Positions 49,492-56,347 of a DNA stretch of 56,347 nt are shown here, piece after piece; position 1 is the first letter of the stretch, and the number at the start of each line of letters is the position of its first letter. Made by a program: the position numbers and the translations under genes. This stretch comes from an uncultured Lentimicrobiaceae bacterium (GTDB taxonomy: Bacteria; Bacteroidota; Bacteroidia; Bacteroidales; F082): contig CAZPPK010000001.1 of NCBI GenBank assembly GCA_964588415.1, forward strand, positions 1 through 56,347. The letters are read 5' to 3'. The notes beneath the pieces were generated by a model. It saw nothing but the letters and a program-made list of their open reading frames with translations, made no database searches and had not been told where the DNA came from.

Positions 49492-49501
49492 CTTTTTTCG
49501 C

Positions 49502-49897
49502 TTACTTGTTAACTTTTATTCTGATCACTTTAAGTGGTTCTTTATTTTCTTTGATTCCCAGCTTTCCGAGCCGTTTTGCCAATTGCGATTGCTTACTGAT
49601 GACAATCAAGTTCGATTTCACTGAGACATATTCATACCGTAATTCCATCACTTCCTTCTGGAGATGACTGATTTTCCGTACCTTGCTTTCAAGCGTAAAG
49701 TCATTTGTGATGTAAATAAATGCCAGAAAGGAAATGAAAAGCAAAAAGGGAAACATGCGGAAAGTCCGTTCTTTTTCCAGAACGCCACCCCCCAGCAACC
49801 CTTGTGCTGCCTTGCCAAAGCCCCCCTTTTGCGCGGAAGTTTTCAGCTTTTTTTCCTTTTTCTTCTTTCTGGGTTTCAGGCTGTTTGTTTTCATCAT
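49502..49897 (-). CDS. ftsL: FtsL-like cell division protein
   Basis: Single TM plus coiled coil; lies between rsmH and ftsI. Confidence 0.8.
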   Translation of the reverse strand: MMKTNSLKPRKKKKEKKLKTSAQKGGFGKAAQGLLGGGVLEKERTFRMFPFLLFISFLAFIYITNDFTLESKVRKISHLQKEVMELRYEYVSVKSNLIVISKQSQLAKRLGKLGIKENKEPLKVIRIKVNK

Positions 49898-50805
49898 GCC
49901 AATAATTTTTCTGCGATTCTGAGCTTGGCAGAACGTGCACGGCTGTTCTGCTTTATTTCATCTTCATCCGGGACGATCGCTTTATTAATCACCGGTTTTA
50001 AGCTCACCAAATTATTTCCGTAAAAGTCTTTTTTAAGATCCCCTTCAAAATTTCCTGTCTTCATAAAATTCTTTACCAGCCTGTCTTCCAGCGAATGGTA
50101 AGAGATCACCACAAGCCGTCCACCCGGTTTTAAAACTTCGACAGCTTGCTCCAGGAATATTTTCAACACTTCAAGTTCTTCGTTCACTTCAATCCTGATG
50201 GCTTGAAAAAGCATGGCCATCAATTTGTTTTTCTGGGTTACCGGAATACATTTTTCTACCGTTTGTACCAACTCTTGCGTAGTTTCTATTTTCCTGACCT
50301 TCCTTTGTTCCAGAATCATTTTTGCCATGCAGCGGCTGTTCTTGATTTCCCCATACTGACGAAAGATCTGGTTCAGTTCATCCTCGGAATAAGTGTTGAC
50401 AACATCCGAAGCACTTTTACCCTGATTCTTCATCATACGCATATCCAACGGTCCATCGAAGCGTGTGGAAAATCCGCGTTCCGGTACGTCAAACTGGTAA
50501 GAACTTACTCCGAGATCAGCAAGAATCCCGTCAACTGGCACTTTTCCGTAAAACGTCAGGAAATTTTTCAGGTACCGGAAATTCTGATCCACAAATTGCA
50601 ACCGGTCGTCATCAGGCAGATTGGGAACAGCATCAGGGTCCTGGTCAAAAGCAACCAAGCTGCCATCGGAACCAAGGTGCTGCAGAATTAACCGCGAATG
50701 GCCACCGCCACCGAACGTGGCATCTACATAAACGCCTCCCGAAGAGATCTTCAACCCCTCCACACTTTGATGAAGCAATACCGGATTGTGATACATTTTT
50801 GTCAT
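49894..50805 (-). CDS. rsmH: 16S rRNA m4C1402 methyltransferase
   Basis: HNPVLL, DATFGGGGHS, DLGVSS, ISYHSLEDR, RARSAKLR. Confidence 0.97.
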   Translation of the reverse strand: MTKMYHNPVLLHQSVEGLKISSGGVYVDATFGGGGHSRLILQHLGSDGSLVAFDQDPDAVPNLPDDDRLQFVDQNFRYLKNFLTFYGKVPVDGILADLGVSSYQFDVPERGFSTRFDGPLDMRMMKNQGKSASDVVNTYSEDELNQIFRQYGEIKNSRCMAKMILEQRKVRKIETTQELVQTVEKCIPVTQKNKLMAMLFQAIRIEVNEELEVLKIFLEQAVEVLKPGGRLVVISYHSLEDRLVKNFMKTGNFEGDLKKDFYGNNLVSLKPVINKAIVPDEDEIKQNSRARSAKLRIAEKLLA

Positions 50806-51260
50806 TCAGTTTCAAACTCACCCATAACTTCCTCGGCAAGATTCGCAAAATCATCCGGGTTGTAATCCACGGCTGTTTCGTAAACCTCCTTATCCCAGAT
50901 TTCTATTCTGTTTACAACTGATGTGAGTACAATCTGCTTCTTTATTCCGCAATAGCTAAGGAGGTCCTTGGGGAGCAACAGCCTTCCATTACCATCCATC
51001 TCGACCGGCTTGACACCAGCCATAAACTTGGTAACAAAATCTGCGTTTTTCTTTTTAAACATATTCAGCTTGCTGACCATGGCACTTTCCTGTTTCCACT
51101 GCTCAAGCGTGAAAAGTTCAAGACACTTTTTAAAAATGCTTCGCTTCAGGACAAAACCATTTTTCACATCAACTCCCAGCTGAGCCTTATAAGGCGCTGG
51201 AAACATGAATCTCCCTTTGGCATCTACTTTGGCTTCGTATGTTCCTAAAACGTTGAGCAT
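50802..51260 (-). CDS. mraZ: Transcriptional regulator MraZ
   Basis: VDAKGRF and MDGNGRLLLP repeats, RIEIWD; first gene of the dcw cluster. Confidence 0.95.
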   Translation of the reverse strand: MLNVLGTYEAKVDAKGRFMFPAPYKAQLGVDVKNGFVLKRSIFKKCLELFTLEQWKQESAMVSKLNMFKKKNADFVTKFMAGVKPVEMDGNGRLLLPKDLLSYCGIKKQIVLTSVVNRIEIWDKEVYETAVDYNPDDFANLAEEVMGEFETE

Positions 51261-51280
51261 TAAATGGCACTTTTATGGCT

Positions 51281-51334
51281 CAAATATACATTATATTTAC
51301 CACATTTTGACATTATTTACCACAATTTACCACA
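51281..51334 (-). promoter_or_regulatory. dcw promoter (-7 box TATATTTG) with MraZ-binding GTGG direct repeats
   Basis: ATTTACCACA at 51295, 51315 and 51325 (10-bp register; TGTGGTAAAT on the minus strand); CAAATATA at 51281-51288. Confidence 0.7.
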
Positions 51335-51519
51335 TTGTTGAAAAATCATCTTATTTTCCACGGGTTTTTTCATCCAAAAAAGAATGTATCTATCTGTATT
51401 TCAGTAATAAATGAAAATAATTTCTGATGTTTCCCTATTTATTAACAATTTTCCACCTGAGAATTTGTTAATAACATCGCTTGTGTCTGTTTCATGAAAA
51501 AGATTACACTTTTATCTAT

Positions 51520-51671
51520 GGTCCGGTCTAAAAAGGTAAATTGGTGTAATTAATGAAAATCAGTATTTATCCCACCCCGAAAGGGCGCACTGATTTTCAG
51601 CCCCTTCCCTTTTAGGGGATTAAGGCGTAAAAGTGGCTTAAAATCAAATCAAGACCTTTTTAGACCGGACT
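51520..51671. mobile_element. About 150-bp MITE with 17-bp perfect TIRs
   Basis: GTCCGGTCTAAAAAGGT (51521-51537) / ACCTTTTTAGACCGGAC (51654-51670); flanking direct repeat TATCTAT; internal inverted repeat GAAAATCAGT/ACTGATTTTC. Confidence 0.75.
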
Positions 51672-51716
51672 TATCTATATATAAATTCCTTAGTTTTGTG
51701 ATGAAAAAAAAAGAAA

Positions 51717-52583
51717 ATGCAGGAAAATAGCGTGACCGAAACTAGTATCACACCAGAATATATTAACGTTAAAGAAGTTATTGAGAAAAAGAGCCCCAAA
51801 CTTCGCAAAGCATTACCGGGGTTTGTCATTAGATACCTAAGACGCATTGTTCATGAAGATGATTTGAATGAATTCATCAGAATATACGGGCATCTTATGG
51901 GACTCCCGTTTATAGAAGGCGTACTTGAATACATGAATACCAAGGTTGAAGTAATCGGGCTGGAAAATATTCCGCAAACCAAAAGGGCTATCATTGCTTC
52001 CAATCATCCGCTGGGCGGACTGGATGGCCTTGCCCTGTTGAGAACCGTGGGAAAGGAAAGGAAAGACATCGTTTTCCCGGTGAACGACATCCTCATGAAT
52101 GTCAAAAACCTGAAACCATTGTTTATTCCTATCAACAAGCACGGATCAAATACAGAAAATATCCAGATCATAAACAATACATTCGCTTCCGACAAAATAA
52201 TCTGTTATTTTCCTGCCGGTCTGGTTTCCAGGAAAAAGAAAGGGATCATAAAAGACCTTGAATGGCATCCCACTTTTATTACCAAAGCCAAAAGATTTAA
52301 AAGAGACATCATTCCCACACACATCAGTGGCAGGAATACAAACTTTTTTTACAACCTGGCAAATCTGAGAGGATTGTTAAAAATCAAAAGCAACATCGAG
52401 ATGCTTTATCTGGTGGATGAATTTCACAAACAAAAAAATAATACTTTGACCATCACTTTTGGCAAATCCATCCCTTACCAGACTTTCGACAAAAGAAAAT
52501 CCACATTAAAGTGGGCCAGCGCCATGAGAGACTACATTTATTTACTTAAAGATAACCCTGAACAGGAATTTATTACAGATTGA
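51717..52583 (+). CDS. PlsC-like acyltransferase (putative glycine-lipid O-acyltransferase)
   Basis: NHPLGGLD (HxxxxD) and FPAGLVSR; paired with the GNAT gene next to mraZ. Confidence 0.82.
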   Translation: MQENSVTETSITPEYINVKEVIEKKSPKLRKALPGFVIRYLRRIVHEDDLNEFIRIYGHLMGLPFIEGVLEYMNTKVEVIGLENIPQTKRAIIASNHPLGGLDGLALLRTVGKERKDIVFPVNDILMNVKNLKPLFIPINKHGSNTENIQIINNTFASDKIICYFPAGLVSRKKKGIIKDLEWHPTFITKAKRFKRDIIPTHISGRNTNFFYNLANLRGLLKIKSNIEMLYLVDEFHKQKNNTLTITFGKSIPYQTFDKRKSTLKWASAMRDYIYLLKDNPEQEFITD

Positions 52584-52618
52584 TTGTTGTATATTTGCCA
52601 AAAGAATCTAATATTTAT

Positions 52619-53554
52619 ATGGAAAAAATTGTCTCCCCCATTGATAAAGAAATTCTCGTTGCAGAACTGACCAAAGACAAATTGCTACGCTTCACGAATA
52701 ACAAAAGCAACGAGATCTATATTATAACTGCTGACAACTCACCCAATGTAATGAACGAAATAGGCCGTTTGCGCGAAGTTACTTTTCGTGATGCCGGTGG
52801 TGGAACAGGAAAGAGCACCGATATCGACGAATACGATCTTGGCGAAAACGCATTCAAACAAATGATTGTTTGGGACCCTGAAGAAAAGGCAATTGTAGGA
52901 GGATATCGATATATTGACTGTCGTAAACTCACAGTAGTAAATGGTGTGGTTTCATCACCTACATCAAGACTTTTTTCATATTCGAGAAAGTTTATCGACG
53001 AATATCTTCCCCACACCATCGAACTGGGCCGTTCGTTTGTACAGCCCTATTATCAGCCTACTTATAATTTAAAACGTGGGCTCTTTGCTCTTAACAATCT
53101 CTGGGACGGACTTGGTGCCCTGATTGTTGAGCACGCAGAAATCAAGTATCTTTTTGGAAAAGTTACTATGTATCCGCAGTTTGACAGGCTTGCACGCGAT
53201 TTGATACTTTATTTTATGCAGAAATATTTCCCTGATAATCACACATTGATTTATCCCAAGAAGCCACTCGTAATTGAAACAGACTCCAAAACGCTGGAAA
53301 GTTACTTTAAAGGTATCAATTATGATGAAAACTACAAGATTCTTGTGAAAAATGTAAGAAAATTAGGCGAAAACGTGCCTCCTTTGGTGAGTGCATACAT
53401 GAGCCTTTCGTCAACCATGAGAACTTTTGGAACAAGTCTTAATGATCATTTCGGAGACGTAGAAGAAACTGGCATCTTGGTGACCATCAAAGATATATAT
53501 CATCAGAAAAAAGATAAGCATGTAAATTCCTATGTAAAGCCAAAGTTTGATTAA
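52619..53554 (+). CDS. GNAT/OlsB-like N-acyltransferase (putative N-acyl-glycine synthase)
   Basis: EIGRLREVTFR, DIDEYD, IVGGYR, IELGRSFV, LWDGLG, VPPLVSAY. Start moved to ATG 52619. Confidence 0.82.
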   Translation: MEKIVSPIDKEILVAELTKDKLLRFTNNKSNEIYIITADNSPNVMNEIGRLREVTFRDAGGGTGKSTDIDEYDLGENAFKQMIVWDPEEKAIVGGYRYIDCRKLTVVNGVVSSPTSRLFSYSRKFIDEYLPHTIELGRSFVQPYYQPTYNLKRGLFALNNLWDGLGALIVEHAEIKYLFGKVTMYPQFDRLARDLILYFMQKYFPDNHTLIYPKKPLVIETDSKTLESYFKGINYDENYKILVKNVRKLGENVPPLVSAYMSLSSTMRTFGTSLNDHFGDVEETGILVTIKDIYHQKKDKHVNSYVKPKFD

Positions 53555-53580
53555 TGAAGGGAACCAGTTTCCTTTCATTA
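53552..53580 (+). terminator. Hairpin after the N-acyltransferase gene
   Basis: TAATGAAGGGA/TCCTTTCATTA inverted repeat. Confidence 0.4.
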
Positions 53581-53644
53581 CATATCTGACTGATACTTTA
53601 TTTAACTCCGTGCATTCTGTTTGAGCGCTAAAATCATTTTACTT

Positions 53645-54247
53645 ATGAAGATTCAAAATGCTGAATTTATAACCAGTTCTACCGATGAAAAGCAATGTCC
53701 AAAGCCCGACAAACCTGAGTATGCTTTTATAGGCCGGTCGAATGTGGGAAAATCTTCACTGGTAAATATGCTCACAAACAGGAAGAAACTTGCCAAAATT
53801 TCTACCAGTCCGGGCAAAACCATAACCATGAACCATTTTCTTATCGATAAAGAATGGTATCTGGTTGATCTGCCAGGTTATGGCTATGCGAAACGATCAA
53901 AAACAGAACGTGTTAAATGGGAAAAGATGATCAGAAATTATCTTTTAACACGCACAAATCTTCTTTACGTTTTCCTGCTGATCGACTTACGCATCGAACC
54001 CCAGAAAATTGATTTAGAGTTTATGGAATGGCTGGCAACTTCGCAAATTCCCTTTGTCATCACTTTTACAAAAGCAGATAAAGTTGGCATTGCAAAAACC
54101 GATATAAACCTGGAGCGTTACAAAAATACCCTTTTGGAAAGCTGGGAAGAAATTCCACCATTGCTTGTAACTTCTTCACAAACAGCATTGGGCAAAGACA
54201 AACTTCTTGCTTATATCGAAAAGACTAATAAAGTTTTTGGGAGCTAA
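53645..54247 (+). CDS. yihA: Ribosome biogenesis GTPase YihA/EngB
   Basis: GRSNVGKSSL, PGKT, DLPGYGYA, TKADK. Confidence 0.95.
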   Translation: MKIQNAEFITSSTDEKQCPKPDKPEYAFIGRSNVGKSSLVNMLTNRKKLAKISTSPGKTITMNHFLIDKEWYLVDLPGYGYAKRSKTERVKWEKMIRNYLLTRTNLLYVFLLIDLRIEPQKIDLEFMEWLATSQIPFVITFTKADKVGIAKTDINLERYKNTLLESWEEIPPLLVTSSQTALGKDKLLAYIEKTNKVFGS

Positions 54248-54567
54248 AATATTTCAATCATCAGCTGGTTCTTCGCCACTAAGTCATTTATTTTAACCCA
54301 AATGTATTTTATCTTACCATCGTAAGGTGCAGCAATCACATTACGCATTTTCATGGCTTCAAGTATCATCAATTCCTGGCCGGTTTTTACGGTACTGCCT
54401 GGCTTTACAAACAGCTCCACAATAGTACCGGGAATAAAGGCTTTGATCAGCTTTGGATTGTCTTCTTCATAACGCTTTCTCTTTTTAAACTTCTCAGTAG
54501 GAAACGTTTTGTAAAACATTCCTCCGATGGAAAAATCGACCATCTCATTATTTCTGTTTTCATCCAT
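54244..54567 (-). CDS. Biotin carboxyl carrier protein
   Basis: EAMKM biotinylation motif; downstream of the carboxyltransferase. Confidence 0.9.
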   Translation of the reverse strand: MDENRNNEMVDFSIGGMFYKTFPTEKFKKRKRYEEDNPKLIKAFIPGTIVELFVKPGSTVKTGQELMILEAMKMRNVIAAPYDGKIKYIWVKINDLVAKNQLMIEIF

Positions 54568-54578
54568 GGCGGCAAATA

Positions 54579-56126
54579 TTAAAATGGAGGAATTCCGTGT
54601 TTTTTAGCGGGTAAATCCACAGATTTATCCGTGGAAATCTCTAATGCCCTGGCCAGCATTTTTCTGGTATCGGCGGGCTCAATTACGGCATCAATATAAC
54701 CGTAGGCAGCAGCTACATATGGATTTGCAAATTTCTCTTTGTATTCTTCCACCTTTAACTTCCGATACTCTTCAGGATTTTCTGCAGATAAAATTTCTTT
54801 TCTGAAAATAATGTTTGCAGCTCCTTCAGGTCCCATGACAGCAATTTCAGCCGTCGGCCAGGCAAATACAAAATCTGCGCGAAGATGGTGTGAACACATA
54901 GCAATGTACCCACCACCATAAGCTTTTCTCATAATAAGAGTGATCTTTGGAACAGTAGCTTCTGAATAAGCATAAAGCACTTTTGCTCCGTGCCTGATAA
55001 CTCCTGCGTGCTCCTGATCCACTCCTGGCAGATAACCGGGCAAGTCGACCAAAGTAACCAATGGAATGTTAAAAGCATCGCAATAACGAATAAATCTCCC
55101 AGCTTTGTCCGAAGAATCGACGTCCAGTACTCCGGCAAGATAGAGCGGTTGATTTGCCACAAATCCAACCGTAGCCCCTTCCATTCTACCAAAACCAATC
55201 ACCATGTTTTGAGCAAACAATTCCTGGACTTCAAGAAAGTCAGAATCATCGGTAATAGCTCTTATTACATCTCTAACATCATAAGGCTCCCGGGGATCAG
55301 CCGGAATAATACTTTCGATACTAAACTTCCTTGTGTTAGGCTTTTTCTTCGGGAATAATGCAGCTTTCCGTGAGTTGTTCCAGGGAATATAACTGATCAG
55401 GCTTTTGATTTGACTGAAACATTCGTCCTCTGTTCTGGCAAAGAAATGAGCATTACCGGTTGTTTCGCAATGAACCCTGGCACCGCCCAAAGCTTCCATA
55501 GAGATTTCCTCACCCAAAACCGTCTTTATTACTTCCGGGCCCGTAATAAACATCTTAGAGATATTCTCAACAACAAACACAAAATCGGTCAGGGCAGGTG
55601 AATAAACAGCACCACCAGCACAAGGGCCAAGGATCACTGAAATTTGAGGAATTACGCCGGAAGCAAGGGTATTTCTGTAAAAGATCTCACCATATCCTGC
55701 CAGCGAATTAACTCCTTCCTGAATACGGGCCCCACCGGAATCGTTAATCCCGATAAGCGGGACCTTCAATTTCAGTGCATGATCCATAATTTTGGTGATC
55801 TTTTTGGCATGCATCCATCCCAACGAACCACCGGCAACAGTAAAGTCCTGAGCATAAACACAAACGGTTTGTTCCATTATCATTCCCGTTCCGGTAATCA
55901 CACCATCTCCCGGAAGGTATTTTTTGTCCATATCAAAATCTCGTCCTGCATGCTCAACAAAAAGGTCATATTCATTAAAAGTGTTAGGATCGAGAAGAGC
56001 CAGAATACGCTCACGCGCGGTGAGTTTACCAATGGCCTTTTGTTTTTTGATGGCTTTTTCACCGCCACCCATCAGCGCATTTCGCATGCGCCTTCTTAAG
56101 TCAACTGATTTTTCTTTAAGTCCCAT
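54579..56126 (-). CDS. Acyl-CoA carboxylase/methylmalonyl-CoA decarboxylase carboxyltransferase subunit (PccB/MmdA)
   Basis: GKLTARERI, QDFTVAGGSLG, DSGGARIQEG, RKAYGG, KKHGIPP; TAATTTTG box at 56225-56232. Confidence 0.93.
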   Translation of the reverse strand: MGLKEKSVDLRRRMRNALMGGGEKAIKKQKAIGKLTARERILALLDPNTFNEYDLFVEHAGRDFDMDKKYLPGDGVITGTGMIMEQTVCVYAQDFTVAGGSLGWMHAKKITKIMDHALKLKVPLIGINDSGGARIQEGVNSLAGYGEIFYRNTLASGVIPQISVILGPCAGGAVYSPALTDFVFVVENISKMFITGPEVIKTVLGEEISMEALGGARVHCETTGNAHFFARTEDECFSQIKSLISYIPWNNSRKAALFPKKKPNTRKFSIESIIPADPREPYDVRDVIRAITDDSDFLEVQELFAQNMVIGFGRMEGATVGFVANQPLYLAGVLDVDSSDKAGRFIRYCDAFNIPLVTLVDLPGYLPGVDQEHAGVIRHGAKVLYAYSEATVPKITLIMRKAYGGGYIAMCSHHLRADFVFAWPTAEIAVMGPEGAANIIFRKEILSAENPEEYRKLKVEEYKEKFANPYVAAAYGYIDAVIEPADTRKMLARALEISTDKSVDLPAKKHGIPPF

Positions 56127-56347
56127 AATTTAAGTATTGCACACCAAAATTAATAAGAAAAAAAAGAGATAAGTTCTGTGGGACAGTTAATTTTATCCCA
56201 CCAATTCCACTTATCTCTGCGCTGCAAAATTAATTAAAAACCAAAACAAATCATGTTCTTTGGGAAAAAGCCTGCTATAACTATATACTTTTGTTATTAA
56301 TGCGAATCAAGGGTTAAAAATCAGGCTAATAAAAGCAGCAGCGATCT

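Noticed and set aside
54244-56126. Carboxyltransferase plus biotin carrier with no biotin carboxylase or Na+-pump beta subunit
   Set aside because: Partner genes are often encoded elsewhere and the window ends nearby, so nothing unusual can be claimed.

Overview
This is a chromosomal segment of a Bacteroidota bacterium, probably Bacteroidales. The assignment is inferred from TAnnTTTG -7 promoter boxes, A-rich starts without Shine-Dalgarno sites, and the dcw and rplM-rpsI-rpsB-tsf gene orders. Housekeeping content: thrABC, icd plus a eukaryote-type citrate synthase, pspC plus a LiaF-like gene, ribosomal protein genes, the mraZ-to-ftsZ dcw cluster, a glycine-lipid-type acyltransferase pair, yihA, and a carboxyltransferase with its biotin carrier. 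Accessory content: an alpha-glucan/trehalose region (GH31, SusA-like GH13, TreS-like GH13, beta-PGM-GH65 fusion, orphan P-loop kinase, sugar MFS) interrupted by a selenium module (selU/mnmH overlapping a NifS/Sec-lyase-SelD fusion, then a DMT transporter). A secreted PLD3/K4-like enzyme sits directly behind ftsZ. Signals missing from the ORF track: three same-orientation copies of a 96-bp non-autonomous IS200/IS605-type element (one inserted at the gltA stop codon), two TIR-bounded MITEs with direct-repeat flanks, a GxxExxY gene remnant, a candidate thr leader/attenuator, MraZ boxes, and a structured rpsI-rpsB spacer. No CRISPR array, rRNA or tRNA was recognised. All calls come from reading motifs by eye; no searches were run.
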